Shown: positions 35,801 through 50,800 of the stretch, one piece after another
Layout: every line of letters begins with the position of its first letter
How positions within the stretch are numbered: the stretch's first letter is position 1
NCBI GenBank assembly: GCA_040954595.2
Contig: CM082597.2
Location: forward strand, 2,416,449-2,480,448
Length of the DNA: 64,000 nt
Origin: Balanoglossus misakiensis
Taxonomy: Eukaryota > Animalia > Hemichordata
Direction: 5' to 3'
Notes under the pieces: generated by a model
Databases searched by the model: none
What the model was told of the DNA's origin: nothing
The model's input: the letters and a program-made list of their open reading frames with translations, nothing else
Made by a program: the position numbers and the translations under genes

Positions 35801-38800
35801 TTGATCTTAGCTGTATGACTTATTACAAGTCAAAAATTGTTGGTTCAATGATTCTTTGACCGAAATAAAATCAACATTATCTAAAAAGATTGTTGCAGAT
35901 CTTAATTGACACCACATGTGAAAAATATTGAAGATTTTTTTTAAGGTCAAACAATTCTCCGAGTAGTGGACCGCGTGGGCCTGACAAGGGATGAATTCGT
36001 GCCTTCTGCAACATTAAACAATGACGTTTTCACAGGCATTTTCACAGCGTTTGCAAGACTGTAAAATTAGGAAAAAACTGAGAGTGCTTGAACATGATCA
36101 TCGACGTGTAAGAAAATGTATGATTTACGGCATTTTTCACATCTTTGATCTAACACCTGGCTGCCGGCAGTGCACCCATGCGAAAGCAAGTAGTGATGAT
36201 TGAATTACAATTACACGGTACTACATCCACACTGTTGGCAAATGAATTAAGGCGATTCAGAGAAAAATATAGTTTTACTCACGGTGTAGTATTTAGATGG
36301 ATTGTTTACATGTACTCGCATTTGTTCTACGTGCAGAACATCACGATCAACTGCACTGTGTGTGTGTGTATGTATGTATTACAATTCATGATATATGTAT
36401 TATTCTTAACTCTTGCATTGTATATGGCACATGCACCTGGCTGTGAATTTGGAAACATTTACATCATATACAGACGAACAGAATGACCAACCAACCAACA
36501 GACCGACAGATGATTATGTGCAACCAGAGAAACTTAAGAGACACAGACAAACTGTTTTAAAACAGACATACCCATCATTTGAGTTTAGAGTTTGTAGAGA
36601 TAATTCGCTGAGGTCGCTGTTCATTTTTACCTGATTTTAGCCACAGCGTAATGTTTCCGTTTTTGAACTGAAGCGGTTGCAAAGAAGAAAACGTACATGT
36701 ATGTCTGCCCTGTGAGGGCGCAAGTGAACACCCCGAAAGAAATCGATGGACCCCGTCTATTAAACGTACAAAAAAGACCAAACGACATAGAAATTGAAGA
36801 AATACTATTAACGAAGAAACTGAAAACAATTGATAGTTGTATTGTTTTCGGTTTGAAAAAGTCTTTACCAGTTGTGTAATTACCTTGGTTAAAGTTTGTG
36901 CGAGGGAAGCCATGTATCATAGTAGTGATTACAATCTCAGATGCATGGATTCATTATCTGATAGATGAATGTGATGAGGACATTGTACAAGTCAATGCTG
37001 ATTCAGAAGTCATATTCACAGGGCTGCCACAGTGGTAACTAGGCAACATAATAATTATTTAGTACTGACCGAAAGCTGAAAAATGCATTGCCAAAAGAAT
37101 ATCAATTAAATGGTTTTATTGTATATTTAATATGGGTTGCCATATGGTTTCATGAAAGATATGGCAGTTTTAACGAGATGATAAAATATACCAGACGTTT
37201 TAATGGAATCTTTCGAAAAGAACAGTGCTTTTGTTAATGGCTGATAATGGGCAGCCATAAAATGTTATCGTTCACTGCAAGCTTCTTCTACGAGAAATCA
37301 AAGAAATGCTTTGATTCCTTTTTTATTTACCGCTTGTAAATGAGACATACTGGTTCTTAGTTTCAAGGCCATTCTCTGCCCTTTTCAAATGTATTTGTTT
37401 TTTTGTTAAATATCTGTGTCATGGCTGTGAACTGCTTGAAGTGTGCATAAATCACCTACTCTACGTTTTACACGAAATAGGTTTTAACGAGGTAATCACC
37501 TTTCATAGCAGAAATGACATTTACTATGAAAAGGGTATGCTGAAAAAACAGTCATCAAATGCATAGAGTGAATCATTGTGGTGCTTTTCACTGTAGTTTT
37601 AAGACACGAAATCACCTTTGCCATTTGCAGCTCAGAAAATTCACATCCCTTGTTCAAAGATGGTGTATATGTTACAGATTTCGTCTTCGCAACACATGTC
37701 CAAAGAAAATAAACACAGTGTCAAAGTAAGCCTTCTACGATTGACAAGTTTCATCTTTGAAGAAACGATAATACCAAGACTTGCATGAAATATAATCTCT
37801 AACAATGAAATCATATGGGTTTTGAAATTTGTCGTTAATTTTTCACTTGCACAAGCAATTTGAATGTAAGGAAAATGTGAGCTGGAACTAATAACTATAA
37901 AATATTGAAATAGTCCAAAGATAAATTTTATCATGCGTGAAACGCACGTACTTGAATCATTGCTCCTGGTGTATCTCATTCATGCTTTGGAATAATCTCA
38001 TAGTTTATGCTTTGCATAAGTTATAATGGCCTTCAGGAAGATATACCGATATACCCTGGCCTTTGGCTAAATTAATTATAGATGCAAAAGACATGTATGC
38101 ATGAAATAGCTTGGGATCTTTTAGGCTGAGGGACAAACCCTTCTGCACTGCAATCAGCAATGTTTACATGGCTATAATTCAAGCAATGCAGCAAATGCAT
38201 TTAGTTTTCCAAGGGGAATTGCGAAAAATCGAAAGTTAATGATGCATTGGGAAAAACGCAGACTTACTTTGCCCTGAATTCATGATTGAGGTTTGCGCAA
38301 GATTGCGCATGTTATCTGATATCACAAGGATATCTGTACCTGTATTCTGCGACCCTGCTAGGAATATTACATTGACAGGTTATCTACAAGTAATATCTCT
38401 AATTTTCATGATTGTATAAATAGAAATAAGCACACACACGTTTATCTATCCAGATACCATAATTCGCTTATCATTACTGATAAAAACTATTTTTGCATGC
38501 ATGGATTTCAGATATGCATCAGACTCGCTTTGTTCAAATGCTGAGTTCAACATCTGACATTTTCTTGGGATTTTCCTGGCTGTTATATTCCTGCGGTAAT
38601 TCTGTGCAACGCTCACTCTAAAGCTGGCTATATCTAAGTCCCTTAATAAGATGATACCAACTGCGGGGGTGTATTTCGTTTCAAGTTTTTTTCAATTATT
38701 CCTCCAACGGACGATGTCACCACGTAAGAAACACCCCCATCTTCTGCGAGTTCTCAAGGAACGGATGCTTCTCCTTGAGATCTTGTGATGTGTATATCAC

Positions 38801-41800
38801 ATTTCTCGGGGAAAAAGCTAGTACAAGACATCTTTGCTGATGATATGGTGACTGTGAAAGACAACTAACGTCATGTGAATGATCAAGTGGAAGAGAATTA
38901 GTTTTGATGTACGAACCAGGTGCTGTTCTGGCCAGGCTCGTGTGTGTAAGTACAGGCAGTTATTTATATATATCACAATTTATTTACAATGATTTAAGTT
39001 GCGTCGCTGCGCTTTGTACTGGTAAACAGGCTACATGAGCGTGAGATGCAATGTTTAGAGAAGATGTCTGGAGGGTGAACTTTGTTGACAAGACAAGGGA
39101 CTGTCGTCAACATATTTAAATCATGCACAACAGCGAGCATGCTAGAAAAGGCCAAAGAAACTAAGAGAGATACAAAGCTCGTCTCTGAGATACATAATGT
39201 CATATAGAAAACACAGCACAGAAACAAAATACGACCTGAAAATTTATGATGGCTATTATCATATAACACAACTATTATAGTCACAATTTTATCAATATCA
39301 GCAATTATCCCAGATGAAATTGGATAAGACACTGGGCATGTTGTGAATGCCTTAAGCACCAGTTGTTTATGATTCCCCTATACAATATAGAACATATTAT
39401 ATTTCTTGCCAATCTTAAATTAAAGATCTAAATTACATCTGCGCAGTTAGTGTCTCACTTGGGAATTCTGTCAGTATGGTTTATGTTCCAATCTTACAAA
39501 ATAGCCAGTTGAACAATTTTTCAATTCGTGTTTACCTATCATTTAATTGTTGGGGGGGGGGGTTGCTTAACAGCTCATATGGTACACATGGCTACCTGTT
39601 ACTCTTTTAAACAACCGTTCGACTTATCGAGAAAACTGGTTAAAACTAAATCATCAAGCGTAACAGTGTTTGAAGTGTTTAATAGGTTGGCGAGTGAACT
39701 AGGTCTCCAGTGAACGTGAAATCAAAAAGTGCACCAGAGTTTGGAGTGTTTAATCGGTTCACAGGTAAATTACACTGTTTTGCAAAGGTGGAAGGTTAGA
39801 TCGATTATTGATTTCAAAGGTTAGAGTGTGTTCTCTATGGTATGCAATACAAATGAAGCGTGATAGAAGTTTGGGTCATGCGAAAGTTGAGGTACAAACA
39901 TGCATGGTTATTTTTAAAATGGAATAAACTTTGTTCGCGTGTAAAATTTGATTATCTAAATGATGGATTTACATGTTAGCTGCATAGTTATAGTTCACAT
40001 CAAACACAACAATATCACGCTATTAACTGTGAACTCTGCCTTGTATTATGATAAAACACTTGCGTAGTAATCATCATCGAAAACACGTCTGAGCTATATT
40101 TATTTGTTCTTCTATTAAAAGAAAGATAAACTATATGTCTCAGTTTTTATTTGGTGATTTTTTTTACTGTTTCCCATTCGCTATGCGTAAAATCATGTAG
40201 CTAACAGAGGATCCTACACAACAGTGTACTTTAATGATATAATATATCTCATTTGGGATGCAAGCTGCAAATTTGTCAGCAGCTCAGAAAAGTGTTTTTA
40301 CACTCAAAGAGAAACCATGAAGAGTTGAGAGAGTTATTTGGAAAATGTGAGAAGCGCTCTTATATCATACGACTAAAGTAGGCGATACTTGAGTCTTCCT
40401 GTGGCAGGCAAATTAAAAAGCTACAATCAGACGTCAGAAGAAAATATCAAGTGTCACATTTCACAGGAAATTGAAAATATGTTTTGAATTCAAAGCATTG
40501 CGAGACAGGTTATGAATGTACAAAGACGCTTTTGTTGAACATAAATTTTGTTAGCACACTGCATGGTACGCTGGTCTCTGCCAAAGCCTGAGAAAATGAC
40601 GTGATAAATTATTGGTCGATATTAAACAAGTGGCGTTTATGAATCCACTTTATTTATATTTCAGATGGATTGGACAGCATTCAGCGTGTTAATAGTTTGA
40701 AAGCAATCGTTTCTTATTGCTTCTGGTAAATTTAGCGATCTTACTATTAATCTTTTCCATGCATAGAATCATCAAAGACTGCTTTACGTTCTAGGATCAT
40801 AGCTAACACAGTTTGGGTTCTCAAAAACTGCTGAAAAATAGTGCCGATGGAATTTTCCATTATCGTTGCCGACATCTTGGTCACGATCCACTTCACACAT
40901 ATAGACTAATGGACTCACAGAGTGTTAAAACGCAAACCATCTCACAAGTCTGGCAAATGGTTCATGCACAACGTATATGCCGTGCTCAACACTGAAGCCA
41001 TTTATAAGACTGATAATGTATTTGCCTGCAATAGAGTGGTTTAAACACTTCAGGAGCATGCTTCCTCAGGGCATTTTAATTTCTATCAGTGTTAGCTTCA
41101 TGTATCGTGGTAAGCACTCTGAACACAGAGAAACAAATTACGAATCTACACTCACAAAGAATACACGCATCAATCTTTGAACAGTAACTTGATCTAGAAA
41201 TCCTAGTTTCAAAATTAGGGGAAGTGGATATTGCAGCTCAAGAAATAAGGGCATATGTCTGGAACAAGAATTGTTTTAGCTGACTGGCAAACTGTGAGAA
41301 AAAGATGCTGGTACGTATGACTGTCGCATTGACCACCTACGCGAAGTTCTAGCTGATTTAATTCAAACAAGTGCACGGATTAGAAAGATGCATCACACAG
41401 ATTAAAACCCTGTCAGACAATTTATACACCGAAATAGCTAAGCTCTGAACTGATATTTATAGCTCTTTTGATAAAAATCAAGCATGAAGTCGCAGATATC
41501 GTGAAATGTCATATGTTTCCCTGGTTACATATTAGGTAAGCAAAACAATATACCGGTGCAATATTTTCTTTACATTATATGTTTGACTCTTGAGAAAGGC
41601 ACGCACAAGATAAGCTACTGATAGCTTTTTGTGACATGTAGGGATTTAATGTGACCCCCATAACAAGTACTTAGCTGTGGAAATTACTTTCTTCTCGGTA
41701 GATGGTGTATTGCCTTCATATAAGATGGTTTCGTCTACAAAATGTCACCTAATATTGAACATCATGAACTCTCACATATACTTTTTATGGCAATATGCCC

Positions 41801-44800
41801 AAATGTACCAGATTAAAGAAATCACTCGTTTGGGTAGGACTGATGAATCAAATAACAGAATTAGACATGCATGCATCATCAAAAGGCAGAGCCATTATAA
41901 AAATAGATTGCTTTCAATAGTAAAATTTATCATCAATTTCTTACAGTGGAAAGAGTGAAATGAACATCATTTATGACGGTCACCATATCAGAGGAGTCAT
42001 ACAAATTAAATACGTGCAGCATTATTTCAGTTTTACTGCGACGCCTAATAAGCCTTTCTTTCTGCACAGAACCACTGTCGGTTCAGTGTTACAACTACAT
42101 GAATGTGCCTGCTAGCTTACAAAAATGCGACCTGTTTACTCTTAATCTACCGCAATTCAAAGACACACTGGTGAAGCACCTATTAGGTTGGTTATTTTTT
42201 TTGCCACGGACTGAATAGTCGCAAATGACACCAGGGGCACATGTCATCCCCGGTAATCAATCTAAGGAAGTGCGTCAGCAGAGACTCTGGATCTAATCAT
42301 TTGTTTTCACACCTGGTATTAACAGTTCTGACGACAACAGTCATTAAGTATTCATGGCGAGTTGTCGTCTAATTTTATACATTCTACTACCTTGAATGAG
42401 ACAATGATTGTTAATGATGCAGAGTATTTAAGGTGACCCAGCTGAGAGACGTGACTAGGTTAACGCATGCGCATCAGCTTGCCAAAGCTGTCGGTGCTGG
42501 AAGATTCATCAAGAAGACTCTAAACCCACAAGGTTGAATGTCATAACTCGCACAAAGTCAAGGTTATAGGCACTGCACAACACGCAAAGAAATGTGCTTT
42601 GGGTGAACGTTTCCATTCTTGTCAAATGAGTGTACATGACTTTATGTTTCCGGAAGAAGGTCGGTCTTAATCAACAATGACTTTTGTAGACAAAAGGTCC
42701 ATCTTTTTCCTTTGCATAAATTGATTAATACATAAGTTTTGTGTGCCCAGGGCTCCTTACTAGCCAATTTAGTACCCATTTGCTTTCTTTGACGTTGGGC
42801 ATCCGTTGACTGTAGATATCAAAACCGCTTAGAGCACTATTTATTCCCGGATAATGATTCAAGTCATTGTGGCAAGTTAAACACTTAAACTGTCTCGTTT
42901 GCTGTAATAGCAGGTGGAGGAATCACGTGGAAATGAGCGATAGCGGAGGCGGTCATTGGGTGAATAATTTACGAGATTGCGATAGCGGCGCTAAGCGGCG
43001 AAGCAATACTCGGGAGGGATATCTGAAAGCCCGTCACTGAAACAGTCCTCGAACAGTCACGTTGCTGATCGAGTGGCAAGAGCTTCAAATGGACAACGTT
43101 TCCTGGAAGACACAACTACTGCTAAATTCTGTCGAAAATTAATGGTACGTGAATTACTGTTTCTTGTAATAATAGTGGCTTTATGGTTTTAAAAACATTT
43201 CCCGATCTATAAGAATATCATCTTCTACAATATTTAAATTAGAGATTTCACAAATAATGTATTTGATATCTCAAGTGATCACAGTATCTTTTGACGTATA
43301 CTATATTTTCCTATTTTTCTTGACTGATGTTATCTGCTGACACAACAAGTTTACGTTTAGCTTGTTCGATTTTCCATTACATCGAATTAAGGCATGGGGT
43401 AATCACGGTTGAGTTCATGCTTTGACACCTTAAGCCTTCACGTATTGGAAAATTCTGCCCCATGCTAGCATGGCCTGTTAGGATCAGTTGGCTGTACTCG
43501 TCATTCAAAGTCTCATCTCGAAGCCCTTAACACTGGCCATTCTGACCGGCTAATTTTACGACATCAACGTGGGTAATCAACCTGCCCCTCCAACGCACAA
43601 TTAAACTCTGAGCAACAGAGAGAATCATTAAGCAGTATAAATGTTGCCATGGCCCTGGATGGTGAAAATCGGTGCAATCAAGCTTGAAGGTTTAAGAACT
43701 TGTCCTTGGCTACATGTTTATCCTGACACAAAGTGCAACTTACACACAAATCTCAAGAAATTGATTGTAACAATCGTTATCTCAGTGATAGAACCAAACA
43801 ACGTTTTAAATGTACACGTCTTCTTTTCAATGAAATGCTGTCATTGCCCAGAGAAAAAAAACTCTGTCAAACAGAAGAAACTAGAGAGAGAGAAAGACGG
43901 GGAGTAGAGTGAGAAAACTCAGTGGCAATGGCATTGATTCATTCCACCATGTCCTTGACTCACTTACTCCAATGATGAATGGGTCAATTTAATTTATTCA
44001 TTATACCTTCGTCGATGTGCTTTTTATGTGTACCGCCTTGCTTTTTTAAGTTGAATGGCTAACAGCAGGGATTTGATAGCAGTCAAGTTGATTGATAATC
44101 ATGAAGGTTAAAAGTACCACAATAATATTGATTTGATTGATTGCGCCATATCACGGGAGCATCTGACCCGCGACTTTTTGTCTACAACATTTACCGCACT
44201 GAAGGCACCTGAGAAAGGACACAATAACAACTTGGTTTCCATATACAGTGAATCACCAACTGAGATTTAGTTACAAGCCGCACCACTCGTGTTCCTTTTA
44301 TATCTAGCTATCAATGCATATATTTGATAGACACCTGAGATGCTTCACTTCCCTTGACAGGGTAGGGTTCGCAATATTGTAGACACAGGTGGTGCAGGGA
44401 TCGGTGTCTTAAAACATTAAAGATATACCGCATGGGTAGATGGTACATAGCGGAACATCGGCATAGTCAAAGGTGCTCAGCTGGCGCTGTGATGTAAAGT
44501 TGGATTTCCACACAATGGCCAATGCTTCGCGTTGTGGGATGATTTATTGCCGACCGTTGGGGCTTTATCAACACATTTATCGCACTGCGTGGGCGACATT
44601 CTTGTGTGAATATAGATCACAGCGTTGTAATGTGCTCCAAACAGTTACGTGCACAGAACAGCCTTTTTGCATTCCTATACGTACAGTGCAAGTGTGGGCT
44701 ATCAGCTATCGCTACGAAAGTTTGTAGAAAACACAATTAATTAATTTAACATAAAGGACAAATTCAATAACTACATTTAGTCGAATGCATAGCCAGAATT

Positions 44801-47800
44801 ATTTTCACAAAAATCTTTGCAGTTGTGACATTGAGAAATATATTATCAAGACAGCTGAAGGCAGTATTGAATGCTATAGTTTACTTTTATAGTCTGAATG
44901 TGTTCTTGCGGTCAGGAAATTGTCAGTGCGCTTTATTGATATTGACTCTGTGTGCACTTCCGCAGAATAAACCAACTGAAAACAATTATTCGCGATGGAA
45001 AACGCCAAAGTATACGACGACAAGCGGCGATTCATTAAACCAACCATAAATGGACAGTTAAAATCTATCACTGGGTAACAATACACAGACCATGCTGACT
45101 ACTACTTTATTGCTTATTTAAGAGCTGGATTCATCATGTATTTTTATGGCCTTCACGTTCCTTTCCTGTGATTTCATAAAGATTACTAGGAAAGGGTATT
45201 TATGGAAAGTAGTCGCAAAGATCTACTTTGTGGAAACTGGGTCAGGTGCGTGCACTGTTTTCGGGTGATATCAGGGCGTTGTTCTGGAGATGTAACGTAG
45301 ACTATTTTAACAGCAAAAGTATTTAAATTTTACATTAGTTTATGTTCATTATCAGTCACATTGTCATCAGCATGTCAAAAGCAATTCAAATTCGGTGGCA
45401 CCCTCATCGAGCATTGCAGTAACGGTACATACATTATCTATGATATTTGCAGTCCTCGAAAGTAATGCTGACATTACTGAAATTGAATAGTCTAGGGGTG
45501 CCTTTGGATGATATGCGACTAGCAATATACAACGCACATTACGAACAACCAATATCATTTACTTTCTGTCACAACACAATATGGTTTTAATGACGCAATA
45601 AATGATAACAACGGAACAGGACGGAAATAGGCATTCTGTAAAATAGTACACAAATTGCCCTATAAAAGGAAATTATGGGAGGACTGTTACTTGAAAAAAT
45701 AAAACGCTCTAATTTTAAGACAGTGTGGTCTTCATATCTAGCGCTGCTTCGAATGGTACGCGTTTCAATTTTTATGGGAAATAGGAGAGTACATCAATCT
45801 AATACAAATAATTTGAGACTTGTCTTATAGCCTCTGGCCATTAACTAGATCGAGAGCAACAAGGCTGTGTACCTTGTAACATGATGTCTTAAGGAATCGT
45901 GTCCAATTTGGCTAACTGCTTTTCTGTCTCTATGTGTCTCGCACTATCTCTGTCTTTTGTTGTCTGCCTCTGTCTCTCTATACTAATTGACCCTTTCACT
46001 ATATCATCACTGACGCACATCTGATAAATATACTATAACTTTGAGGCAAGATATAGATAAGTTACTCAGGAGATTTACATTATTTCCTGTGCAGATCAAA
46101 TGATAGTGTATTGACGATGTCCCAGTACATAACACTGATAAGATCCAATGTTCGATAGTACGGATGAAAGGCACACGTATTATGATACAGTCGACATGGG
46201 ACAGAGTCCCCTATGAAAAAATATTATAAGTTGAATAGTTTTCTTTGAACCATGTAATGGGATCACTTCGCCGTCCAAGTAGTTACTCAAGCATTAGCTG
46301 CTTGTTTTCCCTTGGGGACAAATGATCAGATTCGAACCCCCAACCTTTACAAAATCGCCTACCCAATGTAGTCGGCATTCAGAACGCCTGATTCTCATCA
46401 GTTTCCCATCCTAAAATTAACATTCAAAACAATTTGGTGCTTTTATTTTACAGGTGTCCCATTAGGCTCTTTTGTAAAAATGTATGGAAACAATTAGACC
46501 CAAACAGTTCTGTACCTTCTTGCATAAGTGACAATCGATCAATGACAAGATGAAATGAACTTCATTGCAAAGTTCACATTGTATTAAAAATAACAAATGC
46601 TCGGATATTTGATCAGTCATAAATTTCAGTGAGTGGCGTGGCACAGAGACAAGCGGAGGAAATGATTCCTACAACAGTCAATCTAAATAAGCCGTCTTTA
46701 AGGGAAAGTTGATTGCAAGGATTTGGTGGCAATCGGGTGAAATGATATAGTTTGCACTAGGGAACAGGTTGTCATGTACAATGTCTCTGATCATTTATCA
46801 CTGAATTATCGCAAAGCATGTTATGTTCCGGGCAGGGGCATGTCTTGAGACAGATAGTGAGGTTATGAGCTTACATCACTGACAAAAACATCTATGTTTC
46901 TCCCTCAATTGAAAAACAATATTTCAATTTAAAGAAACCATCCAGGTTTATTATCATAGAGCTACGTGCTAAAGTCAATGGAATGCTCTGTGAACTTTGA
47001 AACCGTAAAAGTTCCAATAGTATTCATGCCTTTTACCCCGTCAAACATTTGACGAAACGATCTTTATGTCATTTCATAAACATTTACCTCATGCACCATG
47101 TATCTTACTATGAATGGGCACTGGAAATATATTTTGTGCATTAAAGTTTAACCTTACAACGGTACACTGAGGATAATGACTATGACTACGCAGGTGCAGT
47201 CTGGAGGGAAGGATTATCCCAAAGTAAGCAAGTGCCACGTTTAGATAAATCCACGCTAGCGGCTCGGAACAATCATGACACGAATTAGCTTTTAATTTGA
47301 TCTCTGGATGACTTGTTCCGTGCAATTACATACAAGGTCTTTGTCATCAGCATCAGATGGCACAAGAATTTGGGTCAAGTACAGTATGCAGCATACTGTC
47401 ATATGTATTGTAGCCATTCCATATTCTACAATGTTTGATAATTTATTTTATAATCAGTTTATTGAAATGCAAGAACAATGTATTGTAGGAACGTGTTTGC
47501 GTTGTTATAAAATCACTATGTGGTGGCCACGACGTTTAAATCAAGACACTTCCTACATGTACCATCTGGCAGTTATGGTCCAGTACAGATTTTAACAAGC
47601 GCGTCTCACGCTCCATCGATTCCCCATCTACAATCTTGTAACCCGATATAAGTACGCCTCGCCTGTCAGCAAACAGCATCAGCGAAGAAAATTGCCTCAG
47701 ACAGACGAAAAATCGATCAGCACAATGATTGGGGAAAATGTCCATGGATGGCTTGTTAAAAGGAGTCACGGGTTTGATGATCTGTAAAAACATTATCGCG

Positions 47801-50800
47801 TACATCGGAGGCTACGACTGAGCCCTTTTCATTAATTTATTTTAGCATACGCAGCTGTAAATTATCTTTCTGCCTGTTGCCTTCCTTGGGGATTGGAGCC
47901 CAGATTGATGATATCACAAAGCCATTTATCTCAATAACCAGAGTAAGAGTGGTGTTAATGCAAACTAATTTCGAGTACTGAGTTATGATTTATGGAAATC
48001 GTATTTTGAATTTCCGTGGGTTATAAACGACAAGAACAACCTTACAAAATACAGCGGAAATCATATGGGCGGGTCTATTGTTGAGAGAACACGGAGCAGT
48101 GGATAAAGATGGATGAAAGCAAGTAAATTTTTCATGTAAAAATGTACATAAACACAACCCATGTATATGCACTAGCATTTAAACAAACACACACATACAT
48201 AGCAATCAGGTGGACAGATAGACGGAGATGTACCAGTACTGAGATGTTTACTATGGAATTTCATGCCTTTTAAATTTACGACTAACAACTTTGACCTTAA
48301 ATAGTCACCAACTAATTCATTAACTTGGAACTTGAAGAGACCTAGAGATCAGAAACGTGAATACACATCGTGTCCAGAGACACATAAAAATGGTTAATAT
48401 TATTCCGAGACTATAGGCTGCTGATTAATTCAAACACAAATTGTTTATGAAGGTATGAATCACGAACGCAGCACCGGCAACATATGGTGACTTTGTCAGA
48501 TTGTAGAGGGAATGCTGCATTTTTAACGCGGACAGGATCAGAATGTCATCGTAAACCGTGCCGTGCATGTGATTTTATAACGAGCTTTGGGCGAATCATC
48601 AGTGTCTGAAAGGAAGTAAAAAGCATGACTGAAGGGCCCTAGTTGTATACCTGTACAGACAACATGTCTGGTTTTGTCTTCAATACATGTTCGTCATGGA
48701 AAGAAATTGAAAAAAGTTGGATGTACGGTCCATACGGAAGACCGTGACTGATTATTGGAAACAGAAAGGAATATTTCATTCTTCGTCACAACAATACGGA
48801 ATGGACATAATTGAATGAAAGCGCGCATATGTCACATTGACGACAGTAATTGGAATGTTTTTTTTGTTGCAGAAGGGTAATACCAGTGTAATAAAACTTC
48901 CACTGTTCCGAGATCATAGCATAGTTTTGATGCTAGCATCAAATATTGGGTCATATCCATATCTTACAGAGGACTTTTCCTTCGGGCAGAAAACACTACC
49001 TTCAACATTTTCAATTTATCACAGTCGCAAACATCTGCCCTTTTTCGATAATTTGAAACTGATTTCTAGATTGTACGTTTAACCATTTATAACCTTAAGC
49101 ATATCAATCTAATCAGAAAACATTTGTCATATATCAAGCAAATGATATGTAAATTGGGTTTTAACGCACGTGATACGTTTCCTTACGCTAGGAGCTCTAG
49201 CATAATCAATTGCAACGTTTCATCTTGTGTTTCTTTGTCAAATGTTAAACCTTCAAAACATAATGGTGTTATCTAACATTTCGTCCATGAGATGGCTATA
49301 CATAACTTTCAAACTCTCACTTTACTTTTGCTATGGCATATATAGAAGGGTGGAAGGAAAAAGTCCTACTGAGTCAAGAGACAAAGATAACATCATTATG
49401 TCGACTCGCCATACTTCTCTAATAATCCCAGCTGGACATAACTCCGCAAACTGGTGCACTTTCGTATTTTCCGTTGGGGTTAATGTAATGCCCAGATTCA
49501 ATTAGTGAGTGTATTTCCAAGTAAATCGGCTTAAAATATATCTAGAATGGTAAACTCGCTCGTCAAGAAGTACATTTAAGGGCCTAGTGTTGATAATGCA
49601 TGTTATCCTAGAATGGAGAATGTTACAGCAAGAGTTAGTTGACAATGTTCATGCTGGTTTAATCAGAGTAATACTGACCCCTGTACATTGCCAGGGCGTA
49701 CTTTGCTATATTACTGGAGTACATTTAATCAAGGTCAGACAGAATTTTGTTCAAGTATACAGTCACTTTTTCATTAATATTGGAGGGTACATATACACTT
49801 CAGTGGATGCGTACAATATGAGTTACATGCATCATGAAATACTGTATATCTAACTGTGTAGCTAATACGAGAAAACAAACAAACCTGCTTACTTTAAATA
49901 TACATACTACATTTCACCAAACTGTCGCTTTCATGTGTAACCTTAACTACGATCATGTGTGCGGCTAGGTATTAATGGCTGCTCCAAACCATATTTGCCT
50001 TTGGCGATGATCCTATCAACGTCACTAATCAGGCAGGTCTTTCCTGTTTTCAGAGTTGTGTGTCACAGACACATGTCCACATTTTACAGATAATTATGTT
50101 GCCTCGCGGCCATGTTAAAACTGTATAGCAGTGAACTTTCGATGACAGTGTACAGTATATATCATATCCTGAAATTGTTGAAAAAGCTAAATCTGATTTA
50201 AGCAATTTGAAAGATTAGACGCTATGTTTATAACATCTCACTGATCTGCAGGCTATGTTGCAAAAATGTAGTATATGACACGAACAAGTTTAAATATCTA
50301 ATCATGGCACGGTTTACTCATTAGCTATGCAAACGATCGCTTTCACACATCTCACGCATAACCGAGTTTCAGTAACGTTTAATTTGATTGGATGTTTAAC
50401 CCCAGAGTGCATGGTTGTATTGATGTAATTGCGTTACGTCGACGCTAGGGGAATTGTGTCTTTTCTATGCAAATTATTAAATATTAGCGTAAAACAGTCA
50501 ATTAGATGGATTAATAAAGTCATGTTTTGACTAATAGACAGGTTAATTCAAAGAGAAGCGGCGTGTTGAAAAGTTTTGATGTTATTCCTTTGTCCATGCC
50601 GCAGTCACTGAGTGGTCTACAAGATAATCACTTTGAAAAGTAATGGCATTTTCAAATTGTGTGCAATAAATCGGAAAAGAGAACACAATAAATTGGGGTC
50701 TTTACTAAGCAAGAAGCAATTTTACCATTGATTAAAGAAATGATTGATTTGCACGGAATAGCTGATGAACCAACCTTCGTAATGTCATAAAGTTCTGAAC

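Noticed and set aside
46320-46375. B-box-like GGTTCGAATC on the minus strand (also gagttcgatcc near 24101)
   Set aside because: No cloverleaf or A-box that I can support. At most a decayed tRNA-derived SINE.
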